A stretch of DNA of 64,000 nt from Eledone cirrhosa (taxonomy: Eukaryota), in assembly GCA_964016885.1 (NCBI GenBank), contig OZ024741.1, positions 74,896,001 through 74,960,000 on the forward strand. The letters run 5' to 3'. A program made the position numbers and the translations under genes. Below the pieces are notes generated by a model. The model made no database searches and was not told the origin of the DNA. It was given only the letters and a program-made list of their open reading frames with translations. This document shows positions 27,441-44,892 of the stretch, piece by piece. Within the stretch, counting starts at the first letter, position 1; each line of letters opens with the position of its first letter.

Positions 27441-27680
27441 CATACTCAGTTATGATCGATGGGGGCCTTAAACTTAAAAACTTGTCTGGTACTTTATTTT
27501 ACTGAGCCTTAGGATGAAAGAAGAAAAGCCAAGTTGATTTTGCCAATAATAAACTGCAATACTATCGAATACAAGGGTTTTATGATCGATGGGGGCCTTA
27601 AACTTAAAAACTTGTCTGGTACTTTATTTTACTGAGCCTTAGGATGAAAGAAGGAAAGCCAAGTTGATTTTGCTAATAAT

Positions 27681-27867
27681 TGTTTCTATTTTAGGCACAA
27701 GGCCAGCAATTACCCAGTACATTACTGGTACTTTATTTTATCGACTCCGTAAGGATGAAAGGCAAAGTTAACCTCGGCGGGATTTGAACTCAGATCATAA
27801 AGGGACGTAACTCTATGCTTCAAAGCATGGTGACCAACTCTCTACCAATACTGCTAATCCACCGCCT
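27681..27867 (-). mobile_element. Full-length SINE family A with an ~18-bp target-site duplication
   Basis: GTTGATTTTGCTAATAAT at 27663 and 27868. B box GAGTTCAAATCC on the minus strand. Confidence 0.9.
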
Positions 27868-28140
27868 GTTGATTTTGCTAATAATAAACTGAAATACTAT
27901 CGAATACAAGGCTTTTTTTACCTCTGTATTAAAATACTTATAAATCAAATATTAGAGTAAAGAGAGTTAGATGTTGGATGGTAGCCAAAGAACTGAATGA
28001 AGGAATGGAATATCTTATTCCAAACCTCTCTCCAAGAATTGGAACAAATTATACAAAAAGATAATTGTAATGTGATAAGTGACAGAGAAAGAAAACAAAA
28101 AATAATGACTTTTCAGTAAAAATTGAGTTATATAAAATTC

Positions 28141-29950
<1,810 letters not shown>

Positions 29951-30092
29951 CTATCTATCTATCTAAGGCGGGTAAAATTCCCGAGATCCATGGACGAGTT
30001 CTCTCCAGCGGTCTCTGTCCCTCATTATCGCTGCCATATCCTGCATCTCCAACAGACCAGTGACTGTCCTTAGGGCATCAGCATATGTTAAC
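29951..30092 (-). mobile_element. Short 3' terminus of an RTE LINE
   Basis: [22 protein letters not shown] followed by a (TAGA)n tail. Confidence 0.7.
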
Positions 30093-30481
30093 CTATACAT
30101 ATATATACATATATATATACATATATATATACATATATATACATATACATATATATACATACATATACATATACATATATATACATATATATATATATAT
30201 ACATATATATACATACATACATATATATATACATATATATACATACATACATATATAGTATACATATATATACATACATACATATATATATATATACATA
30301 TATATACATATATATATATATATACATATATATATACATATATATACATATATATATATATACATATATATACATACATACATATATATATATATACATA
30401 TATATACATATATATATATATATACATATATATATACATATATATACATATATATATATATACATATATATACATACATAC

Positions 30482-30532
<51 letters not shown>

Positions 30533-30637
30533 CATATATATACATATATATATATATACATATATATACATACATATATATACATATATATACATATATA
30601 TATATATACATATATATACATATATATATATATATAC

Positions 30638-30700
<63 letters not shown>

Positions 30701-30792
30701 CATATATATACATATATATATATATACATATATACATATATATACATATATACATATATATATATATACATATATACATATATATATATATA
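30093..30792. repeat. (TA)n/(TACA) array
   Basis: Directly visible. Confidence 0.97.
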
Positions 30793-30970
30793 TCATCATC
30801 ATTTCATCATCATTTCATTTTACGTCCGCTTTTCCCTGCTTGCAAGGGTGGGACGGGAACTGATTCTGGCTTGATTTCTACAGCTGGATGCACTTCCTAA
30901 CACCAACCTCATTTACAGTGAGTGCTGGGTGATTTTTTTGCCGTGGCACCTCCACGACCACTTTGCAGTG
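30793..30970 (-). mobile_element. RTE 3' UTR fragment
   Basis: TTTCTACAGCTGGATGCACTTCCTAACACCAACC matches the 3' UTR at 40240-40290. (CAT)n tail present. Confidence 0.75.
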
Positions 30971-30974
30971 GAAT

Positions 30975-31139
30975 GATAGGGACCTCATTCCCGATCATCT
31001 CATTTCTACAGCTGAGTAAACTGGAGCAATGTGAAATAAAGTGTCTTGCTCAAGGAAACAACACATCACCCCGGTCTGAGAATTGAACTCACAACCTTTC
31101 GATTGCAAGGCCAATGCTCTAACCACTAAGCCATGTGCC

Positions 31140-31143
<4 letters not shown>
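30975..31143 (-). mobile_element. tRNA-derived CORE-type SINE
   Basis: A box TGGCTTAGTGG, B box GAGTTCAATTC, then CCTTGAGCAAGACACTTTATTTCACATTGCTCCAG. Confidence 0.8.
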
Positions 31144-31193
<50 letters not shown>

Positions 31194-31220
31194 CATATAT
31201 ATATACATATATATATATAC

Positions 31221-31251
<31 letters not shown>

Positions 31252-31512
31252 CAATTAAGTTAAAGAAAACTCGTATGACTCTAAAACCCGGTCCGTCTGT
31301 GTGGTGACATACAGACTAGCTGACACTCACTGTAAAGTGTCTAGTGAAAAACTCAGTACATGTACATATGTATACATGTGTGTATTTATATGCATACTAA
31401 TACTTCCGTATACATATGTAGATGTACACTTTAACTTAATTGTTTAAGCGTCAGTCATACAAAAGTGAGTTAGAAGCGAAACGAAATTTAATTTTGTTTT
31501 GTTATTTGGTTT

Positions 31513-35311
<3,799 letters not shown>

Positions 35312-35314
<3 letters not shown>

Positions 35315-35395
35315 TCATCATCATCATCATCGTTTAACGTCCGTGTTCCACGCTTGCATGGGTTTGGACGGGGGTAGTCCCACTTGAGGCAAGAT
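35312..35395 (-). mobile_element. RTE 3' terminus
   Basis: Nearly identical to 24257-24342, including the (CAT)n tail. Confidence 0.85.
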
Positions 35396-35572
35396 ACATA
35401 TATATATACATATATATATATATACATATATATATACATATATATATATGTATATGTATATATGTGTATATATATATATGTATATATATATGTATATATA
35501 TATATGTGTATATATATATATGTATATATATATATATACATATATATATATACACATATATACATATACATA

Positions 35573-35606
<34 letters not shown>

Positions 35607-35656
35607 CATATATATATAATATATATAATATATATATATATACATAATATATATAT

Positions 35657-35856
35657 NNNNNNNNNNNNNNNNNNNNNNNNNNNNNNNNNNNNNNNNNNNN
35701 NNNNNNNNNNNNNNNNNNNNNNNNNNNNNNNNNNNNNNNNNNNNNNNNNNNNNNNNNNNNNNNNNNNNNNNNNNNNNNNNNNNNNNNNNNNNNNNNNNNN
35801 NNNNNNNNNNNNNNNNNNNNNNNNNNNNNNNNNNNNNNNNNNNNNNNNNNNNNNNN
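35657..35856. other. Assembly gap (200 N) within a (TA)n array
   Basis: Run of N. Confidence 1.
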
Positions 35857-35952
<96 letters not shown>

Positions 35953-36025
35953 TATATATATAATATATATATATATTATATATATATATATTATATATAT
36001 ATATATATTATATATATATATATAT

Positions 36026-36057
<32 letters not shown>

Positions 36058-36209
36058 ATATATTATATATATATATATATATTATATATATATATATATA
36101 TTATATATATATATATATATTATATATATATATATATTATATATATATATATATATTATATATATATATATATTATATATATATATATATATTATATATA
36201 TATATATAT

Positions 36210-36240
<31 letters not shown>

Positions 36241-36247
36241 ATATATA

Positions 36248-36278
<31 letters not shown>

Positions 36279-36370
36279 ACATAATATATATATATATAAT
36301 ATATAAACATAATATATATATATTATATATATATATATTATGTTATATATTATATATATATATATATATT

Positions 36371-36417
<47 letters not shown>

Positions 36418-36418
<1 letters not shown>

Positions 36419-36735
36419 GATATTAAATAAATGGAAACTATATTTATAAAACCATATTTATTTCATTATATATATTTCAGGGATATCATATTAACAATAT
36501 GCTATGCCTTCCTCAGACAAAATACAATATAGACAGTTTTATAGATAAATATAGACAGTTTTATAGATAAATAGATTTGACATACCGTTCAACATCGACT
36601 TGTATTTGAAAAGTTGATTTTATAATTTCCATTTATTTAATATCGTAAATATACTCCAAATACTTGTTGAGTGCTTTTATATCAGTTATAAATATTTACT
36701 AGTTGTAACCCAACAATTTAAATATAACTTTCCAT
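36418..36735. mobile_element. HHR-bearing repeat in an inverted arrangement inside (TA)n
   Basis: 36418-36570 (minus) and about 36620-36735 (plus) both match the family at 57607-57830. Confidence 0.75.
36460..36523 (-). ncRNA. Type I hammerhead ribozyme
   Basis: ATTTTGT-CTGAGGA-AGG..CCT-GAAA-TATATA-TA-ATGAAAT, with a 7-bp stem I containing two G-U pairs. Confidence 0.72.
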
Positions 36736-36768
36736 ATATATATATATATATATTATATATATTATATA

Positions 36769-36809
<41 letters not shown>

Positions 36810-37196
36810 TATATATATTATATATATATATTATATATATATATATTATATATATTATATATATATATTATATATATTATATATATATATATTATATATA
36901 TTATACATATATTTATATATTATACATATATATATATATTATATATATTATATATTATATATATTATATATTATATATATTATATATTATACATATATAT
37001 ATTATATATATTATATATTATATATATTATACATATATATATATATTATACATATATATATATATTATACATATATATATATATATATTATACATATATA
37101 TATATATATTATACATATATATATATATTATATATATTATACATATATATATATATATTATACATATATATATATATTATATATATTATACATATA

Positions 37197-37243
<47 letters not shown>

Positions 37244-38285
37244 ATATATATATATTATACATATATATATATATTATACATATATTTAGAAACACACAGA
37301 TACATGCGGACGCACACATATATACATGAATGCATCCGCACCCAACTGCGAGTTAAGGGTGCCAACTTCACCGATGTTGCTCAATGAATGACTGGGACAG
37401 ACCAATTCAGTTTGAACCAGAGTGAACCAGTATCAGAGTTAAAAATACATTATGAAGAGAGAAGAAACATTTAGATATAATTAGTAATAAAATGTATCAT
37501 ACCTAAACTGCTCCTAAATTCCTCGACTACGTAGTTTCGTGCATAAACAAAAACAATATATCAAAGATATAGAGTCCTTGCGAGGTCTGCCAACTTATCA
37601 AGAGGATACCTCATTTTACTAGTCTCAAGAACGCGTCTACACGACGTGAGAAAGAATCCCAAAAGGCGGAGGGGGAGATAGTCACGCGATATAACGGTCG
37701 AGAAACAGAGCTAAGCCTCTTATAACCACGAAGAAAATACCACGGAGGCGGAGGGGGTATTCATGTCGAGGCCGTAGAAGAGGTAGTGAAGAAGGCGAGA
37801 AGTACGAGTAATGGAAGCTTTCCAGTTGTCCCCACACTTCAAAGATTGCTCGACCAGAGGGAGTTATTAATATATTTAGAAACACACAGATACATGCGGA
37901 CGCACACATATATACATGAATGCATCAGGAGCAGTTTAGGTATGATACATTTTATTACTAATTATATCTAAATGTTTCTTCTCTCTTCATAATGTATTAT
38001 ACATATATATATATATTATACATATATATATATATTATACATATATATATATATTATACATATATATATATATTATACATATATATATATATTATACATA
38101 TATATATATATTATACATATATATATATATTATACATATATATATATATTATACATATATATATATATTATACATATATATATATATTATATATTATATA
38201 TATTATATATTATACATATATATATATATATTATACATATATATATATATTATACATTTATATATATATTATATATTATACATAT

Positions 38286-40106
38286 ATGAAGTGTATCCGG
38301 AATGATAAAGGTGAGCTTGCCCTCACAAGTGCTGAGAAGAAAGATGCATGGAAGAGTCATTATGATAGATTACTAAATGAGGAGAATGCATGGGAAGAAG
38401 AGACCCTACCCCACGTAGACCCTATAGAGGGACCAGCAGTACAAGTCAGCGGCAGCGTAGTAAGTAAGGCAATCAGAGATATGAAGATAGGGAAGGCAAC
38501 CGGTCCATCGGGTATAGCTGCCGAGATGCTGAAGGCATCTGGGTCTGTAGGTCACACTATAACCACACGTATCGTTAACCAGGTAATACTAGAGGGGGCC
38601 ATACCAAAAGATTGGTGCAGTAGCATCATTGTCAACTGCTACAAAGGTAAAGGCGATGCACTAGATAGAGGAAACTATAGAGGTATAAAGTTGATGGACC
38701 AGGTCATGAAAGTAACAGAAAGAGTTATAGCACAGCTGATTAGGGACCGGGTGAATATAGACGAGATGCAATTTGGGTTTGTTCCAGGGAAAGGCACCAC
38801 TGATGCGCTCTTCCTTGTGAGGCAATTACAGGAAAAGTACCTAGCTAAAAGTAAGCCACTCTACTTGGCATTTGTCGACCTTGAGAAAGCCTTTGACAGA
38901 GTTCCACGTGCAGTAATCTGGTGGGCTCTTAGAAAACTAGGAGTAGATGAATGGCTTGTGAAAGCGGTACAAGCCATGTATAGGGGAGCAGTCAGCAAAG
39001 TTAGGATTGGCAATGAGTATAGCGAGGAATTTAGCGTACAGGTTGGGGTCCACCAGGGCTCTGTTCTTAGCCCTCTCCTGTTCATCATAGTCCTGCAGGC
39101 AATAACGGAGGAGTTTAAGACCGGATGCCCATGGGAACTCCTGTATGCTGATGACCTCGCACTCATAGCTGAATCTATGGTAGAACTAGAGAATAAATTC
39201 CAAACCTGGAAGCAGGGACTAGAGAGAAAGGGCCTCAAAGTCAACATGACAAAGACTAAGGTCCTTATAAGTAGACGAGAAAACAGAACCCAGATCCCCT
39301 CAGGGAAATGGCCTTGCTCAGTATGTAGGAAAGGTGTAGGTAGGAACTCCATTCTTTGCCCCAAATGCAAACAATGGGTACACAAGAGATGTAGCGGGAT
39401 CTCAGGAAGCTTAATTAAGAATGTAGGATTCACATGCAGCAGCTGTGCTGAAACAGCAAGCAAACAGCCACAGGAAACAAGTACCACCAATCTCTGGGAG
39501 GGCCCTGTAGAAACAGTAGACAGCTTCTGCTACCTAGGTGACCGAATTAGCAACGGAGGTGGGTGCTCAGAAAGTACAATAACTAGGGTAAGAACGGGAT
39601 GGAAGAAGTTTAGGGAACTACTACCACTGCTAGCTGCAAAAGGCTTCTCCCTCAGAATGAAAGGCAGACTGTATGATGCGTGTATCCGAACAGCGATGTT
39701 GCATGGTAGTGAGACCTGGGCGCTGAAGGTGGAAGACTTACGTAGATTAGAGAGAAACGAAGCCTGCATGCTCCGATGGATGTGTAACAGTAATATACGT
39801 GAACGACAAAGCATAAATGAATTGAGAGAGAGACTGAGCATAAGAGGAATCAAATGCTGCGTGCAGGAGAGGCGGTTACGCTGGTATGGACATGTGATGC
39901 GTATGAAGGATGACAGCTGCATAAAAAGGTGCAGAGCACTAGAAGTTGATGGAAACCGCGGAGTGGGGAGACCCAAGATGACTTGGGATGAGGTGATAAA
40001 AGCCGACCTTACCCAACTACACCTCTCAAAGTCAATGACACACGACCGTGACTTCTGGCGTCACGCAGTAATACAGGGTACCCGACCTCCCATGGGTACA
40101 TGCTGA
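38286..40106 (+). CDS. RTE LINE reverse transcriptase (5'-truncated, no APE domain), open over about 600 codons, with an internal PHD-like finger
   Basis: GKATGPSG, NYRGIKL, QFGFVPGKGTTD, AFVDLEKAFDRV, GVHQGSVLSPLLF, LLYADDL, C4HC3 finger, FCYLG, RRLRWYGHV. Confidence 0.92.
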   Translation: MKCIRNDKGELALTSAEKKDAWKSHYDRLLNEENAWEEETLPHVDPIEGPAVQVSGSVVSKAIRDMKIGKATGPSGIAAEMLKASGSVGHTITTRIVNQVILEGAIPKDWCSSIIVNCYKGKGDALDRGNYRGIKLMDQVMKVTERVIAQLIRDRVNIDEMQFGFVPGKGTTDALFLVRQLQEKYLAKSKPLYLAFVDLEKAFDRVPRAVIWWALRKLGVDEWLVKAVQAMYRGAVSKVRIGNEYSEEFSVQVGVHQGSVLSPLLFIIVLQAITEEFKTGCPWELLYADDLALIAESMVELENKFQTWKQGLERKGLKVNMTKTKVLISRRENRTQIPSGKWPCSVCRKGVGRNSILCPKCKQWVHKRCSGISGSLIKNVGFTCSSCAETASKQPQETSTTNLWEGPVETVDSFCYLGDRISNGGGCSESTITRVRTGWKKFRELLPLLAAKGFSLRMKGRLYDACIRTAMLHGSETWALKVEDLRRLERNEACMLRWMCNSNIRERQSINELRERLSIRGIKCCVQERRLRWYGHVMRMKDDSCIKRCRALEVDGNRGVGRPKMTWDEVIKADLTQLHLSKSMTHDRDFWRHAVIQGTRPPMGTC

Positions 40107-40410
40107 AGCATATAAACAATATGCCCCCCCCCCCCCCCACCGCAAGGTGGTCGTGGAGGTGCCACGGCAAGAAAGCACCCAGCCCACACTGTAAAGTGGA
40201 CGTGTAGGCGCCACGAAAAAGCACCCAGCACTCACTGTAAATGAGGTTGGTGTTAGGAAGGGCATCCAGCTGTAGAAATCAAGCCAGATCAGTTCCTGTA
40301 TGAGCAAGGCATGGTCAGCCGACCAGACACTGCCCACAACAGGACAACCCGTCTAACCCATGCTAGCGTGGAAGAACGGACGTAAAACGGTGATGATGAT
40401 GATGATGATG
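38286..40410 (+). mobile_element. Young 5'-truncated RTE LINE in a (TATTA/TACA) microsatellite
   Basis: ORF, 3' UTR and (GAT)n tail, with the same array variant on both flanks. Confidence 0.92.
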
Positions 40411-40875
40411 ATATATATATATATTATATATTATACATATATATATATATTATATATTATACATATATATATATATTATATATTATACATATATATATAT
40501 ATATTATATATTATACATATATATATATATTATATATTATACATATATATATATATTATACATATATATATATATTATATATTATACATATATATATATA
40601 TTATATATTATACATATATATATATATTATATATTATACATATATATATTATATATTATACATATATATATATTATACATATATATATATATTATACATA
40701 TATATATATTATATATTATACATATATATATTATATATATATATATATGTAGGAGGTGAGTTTTATTGTAGTACAATAAAGCAATGCAGATATCGGATAA
40801 GAAGCACTCTACAATTTGTAGGACTGGAGTATACATAATATATAAGAACAAAAGATGGTTAAAAGAGTTCCATGT

Positions 40876-40944
40876 ATTTTATTATGCGCATTTCAAAAAC
40901 AAATATCATCATGCAATAATATTTGTGTTTTCATCAGATAAAAC
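40876..40944 (-). ncRNA. Mirror hammerhead in the left arm
   Basis: Reverse complement of 41065-41133. Confidence 0.88.
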
Positions 40945-41064
40945 AGGAGGACATGATATGAAGGTTAAAAAACACTTGTGGATAGTTCAGTTTTAAATCA
41001 ACATATGTTGATTTAAAACTGAACTATCCACAAGTGTTTTTTAACCTTCATATCATGTCCTCCT

Positions 41065-41133
41065 GTTTTATCTGATGAAAACACAAATATTATTGCATGA
41101 TGATATTTGTTTTTGAAATGCGCATAATAAAAT
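41065..41133 (+). ncRNA. Type I hammerhead ribozyme in the right arm of the palindrome
   Basis: GTTTTAT-CTGATGA-long stem II (ACAAATATTATT..GATGATATTTGT)-GAAA-TGCGCA-TA-ATAAAAT, with palindromic stem III ATGCGCAT. Confidence 0.88.
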
Positions 41134-41164
41134 ACATGGAACTCTTTTAACCATCTTTTGTTCT

Positions 41165-41210
<46 letters not shown>

Positions 41211-41275
41211 GTGAGGTTTTTTTTACAAAATGAAAAATAACCAAGGTGCCCTACACGAGTGAAAGTATAAAGAAA

Positions 41276-41555
41276 AAGAGATGAAATCGAAAATGCAACT
41301 GGAGTCTTATTTTTAAAAAAAATATATATATTTATTTGGTTCCTTTACCGGTTTCGCAGTTCTTCTGCTTTTCAAAAGTAGAGTTGAGATGGAGGGTCTG
41401 TGGTTTTTCTCACATCTGATGTGAGAAAAACCACAGACCCTCCATCTCAACTCTACTTTTGAAAAGCAGAAGAACTGCGAAACCGGTAAAGGAACCAAAT
41501 AAATATATATTTATTTTTTAAAAATAAGACTCCAGTTGCATTTTCGATTTCATCT

Positions 41556-41558
<3 letters not shown>
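41276..41558. repeat. Second palindrome (~140-bp arms, 1-nt spacer at 41417) carrying degenerate hammerhead motifs
   Basis: CACATC-T-GATGTG centre. CTT-TTGAAAA-GCAG(AAGAA)CTGC-GAAA-CCGG-TA-AAG at 41456-41492, mirrored at 41342-41378. Confidence 0.9.
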
Positions 41559-41591
<33 letters not shown>

Positions 41592-41644
41592 GTGGGCACA
41601 ACCTGCTACGCATCAGGACTGAAACCGTAGCTACAAAAATAATA

Positions 41645-41860
41645 ATGTTTTCTAATTTAGGCACAAGACTAACAAATTGGGGGATATAAGAATCGAAAGT
41701 CCATTTAATCGATCTCAGTACTTAACTGGTACTTTATTTTATCGACACCAGAAGGGTGAAAGACAAAGTTGAGTTAGGCAAGATTTGAACTTAGAACGTA
41801 AAGAACCGTAACTAAATGCAGCAAAACATTTTGTCCGACGCTTTAACGATTCTGCCAATG
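41645..41860 (-). mobile_element. Old SINE family A copy
   Basis: CTGGTACTTTATTTTATCGAC..AAAGTTGA..GATTTGAACT. Confidence 0.7.
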
Positions 41861-42470
41861 AAGCTTCCTCCAAATAATAATAATATTTTTTTGTGTTCGT
41901 GGCTATGTTTACGCTTGCGTCTGTGCTTGTGTCCATGTGACGTAACTTAGCAGTTCAACAAAAAGAGATCAAGTACTAGACTTTAAAATATAAGTACTAG
42001 GGTCAACATAATCGATTAAATGAAGGTTGTGTCCCAGCATGGCCGCAATCTAATGACTAAAACCAATTAAAGAGTAAAATAATTCACAAACAATAGACTA
42101 AACACAAGTTTTCTTAGTTCCAACTAACTGCTGCTGCTGATATACTGCAGGGAAAACAAACAGAATTCCTCTCATTTACAAACTACTTTCTTCTCTGGGG
42201 ATTTCTCTGGAGAAACGATGGCATAACTACAGTTTATTACCCCCTCCCGGCTTGGTTTCACCGTAACCTTCTTAAGAAAGCATATTTTTAAATAAAAGTT
42301 CTCAGAGATACATTCTCCATGATATAGATTACGATTATGTTAGTGAAATTATATATATATATATAACATATATATAAGTATATATATATGTACTCTCCAT
42401 AATATTACATCAAGATTGACCATACGGAATGACCAATTCTATCCAGTGGTGAACCAACAAACCTAAATAA

Positions 42471-42503
<33 letters not shown>

Positions 42504-43507
42504 AGTATTTCCGTAGAAAAGGTAAAGGAAAAAAGAGTGCTCTATGTATTGTACAGAGCTATTTAATTTAATTATATATATATATATATATATTAATTCA
42601 ATTATTTTAAATATCTTCATTATTGTATATTACTGTTCGTTAATGCTTTTATTTGCCGAATATTTTAGATTTGTGTTAAAAAAAGGTAAACTCGAAAATC
42701 ATGCCTTCCAATTTCATATTGTTGATAAATTATCTCAATCAAGATAATATTATAGGTTCTCTGCAGGAACGTAATATTTTTTCAACTATAAATTGCGGAG
42801 AGAATTTTTTTTTTTTTTTAATTTTTGCTTTAGAATAATCGTAATTTACAGCTTAGAAAATGTACCTCGAAATATTTTCATTGCAAATATGCATTACTAT
42901 CTTTTAACCTCCTGTAATGATTTAGCAGAACATACCTAAAGACGGGTTTGTTAATAATTCTGGTGCTTATAGAATCCCCATAGTATTTAGCTGAAAACTA
43001 TCATTTTTAACGTGATACAGCCTTATTACTGTTTTGTACTTTTCAAGAATACCTTGCTAATGTGGCTTGTTATAGTATCTTTACTAAAAGACAGATAATG
43101 TGGTTTCTCAAAGTACTTTTTGTACTTTTTGAGAATGTTTTGCTAATGTGTTTTCAAGTAGCATAGGGAGTGAGTTAAGAGTTAAGAAAGTGGAGATTAC
43201 CAACTGTAAGGAATACTCGATACTTCCCTAGTCTGTCATGGCTTACTAGCTCTATACGGACGTTTAAATTGAATAAATAAATAAATAAGTCAATGGTGCG
43301 AGCACTGTACAGATGTTATGCCGAAATGACCAACATATTATCTGGGATCATGTCAACTACAAATCATTTTATTCTGTTTTCCTCTCAGCAATTAGGTAAA
43401 CAGAAATAAAATCAGAGGGGAAAAAAGTCACATTTTAGCTAGGTAAAACGTCTTTAAACCGGAAATTAAGTATTTTCAGTGTTTAATTTTTCTTATATCT
43501 TTATAGA

Positions 43508-43870
43508 GTGGAGGCAGCATGGCCGAATGGTTAAAAAGTGAGCTTTGCAATCATTAGGACTCGGGTTCAATCCCATTGCATGGCATCTTGAGTAATTATC
43601 ATTTACCATAATCTGTTAAGCCTTCTGTTAAAAGAGAAATTGGGTAGATGGAAATTGTTTGGAAGCTTAATGGATGAACTGAACCTGTAATTCAAAAGGC
43701 CGACTTTGTCACGCACTGTGTCACTGAAACTTCCAGAGAATTACGTTATGGGTACATACACGTGTCTGTGGAATGCTCAGTTACTTACACGTTAATTTTG
43801 TGAGCAGACTATTCCGTTGATCGAACAACTGGAACACTCATCAACGAAACCGATGAAGATCCATTCCAGC
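43508..43870 (+). mobile_element. tRNA-derived SINE family B
   Basis: A box TGGCCGAATGG, B box GGTTCAATCCC, tail CTGTAATTCAAA..TTACGTTA..GGAATGCTCAG. Confidence 0.75.
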
Positions 43871-44173
43871 TGTATAGATATGTTACCAGTTTTAAATAAA
43901 TTACCTTCTTTGTGTTATTTTTGTATTCCGCAATAGTGAACTTTTGGATAAGAGGGGTGGAAGTCTTCTTAATCTGAACAGGACCAGCGCATGGATAGTT
44001 AGCATCATGGGCTAACCTGCAATGTATACCCTCCTCGTCTCAGTTTTGCACATCATACTCCGAAATATACGCAGTAAAAATATTTTTTGTATGTTATTTA
44101 TTAATCACCAGAAATTGTTATATATTTTATTTAGATATACAAATTTGAATAAAACTCTGATCCTTTAAGTTTC

Positions 44174-44733
44174 CCTTACCTGTCAATTCTCCCCGTCAGA
44201 CGGAGAGATCTCCCACCCACTTTTTGGTGAGTAAGAGATGTCTTCTATTGTGATAACGGGTCTAGGCAGTATCGGTAGAGAGTCGGACGCCATGCTTTCC
44301 ATCATAGTTACGTCCCTTTACGATCTGAGTTCAAATCCCGCCGAGGTTGACTTTGCCTTTCATCCTTACGGGGTCGATAAAATAAAGTACCAGTAATGCA
44401 CTGAGTAATTGCTGGCCTTGTGTCTAAAGTAGAAACAATTATGTAAAGGTGGATTGGCAGTATCGGTAGAAGCGTCGGACGCCATGTTTTGACGCATAGA
44501 GTTACGGCCCTTGCCATTCTGAGTTCAAATCCCGCCGAGGTTAACTTTGCCTTTCATCCTTACGGGGTCGATAAAATAAAGTACCAGTAATGCACTGGGA
44601 TAATTACTGGCCTTGTGCCAAAAGTAGAAACAATTATGTAAAATCTCCCCCATTTTGCCTCATTTCTCCCCGTTTTGGGGTACTTTCTTTCATGGTACTC
44701 CTCGTTTAGGTTTTTAGAGGTTGGCAGGTTTGA
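44174..44733. mobile_element. Possible old MITE hosting the two SINEs
   Basis: Imperfect inverted ends ACCTGTCAATTCT (44178) and AGAGGTTGGCAGGT (about 44716-44729). Confidence 0.35.
44265..44640 (+). mobile_element. Two tandem SINE family A copies (tRNA head, central domain resembling MetaSINE cores)
   Basis: GGCAGTATCGG A box, GAGTTCAAATCCC B box, TTGCCTTTCATCCTTACGGGGTCGATAAAATAAAGTACCAG core, GTAGAAACAATTAT end. Confidence 0.9.
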
Positions 44734-44892
44734 GTTTCTGTAAATCGCCCCTCTAAGATCTACAGCCTAATCTCCAGCCTATGTGGCTGACTAGTTGGCC
44801 TTAAGATAACGTAAGGCCTGGAGACTGACTTCTCTTTAAAATGAAACTTACCGAATTTTCAAATTTCCCTTAGTTTATCGTTGTTGTAGATG

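Larger units (their letters stand above)
40835..41175. repeat. Spacerless palindrome with ~170-bp arms, centred at 41004/41005
   Basis: AAATCAACAT|ATGTTGATTT centre, with arms mirrored out to the flanking TA runs. Confidence 0.95.

Noticed and set aside
37992-38285. N-terminal 98 aa of the 704-aa ORF
   Set aside because: Microsatellite in frame with a 5'-truncated RTE, not part of the protein
43508-43580. tRNA-like A/B boxes here and in other SINE heads
   Set aside because: No full cloverleaf; they continue into SINE bodies, so they are not tRNA genes
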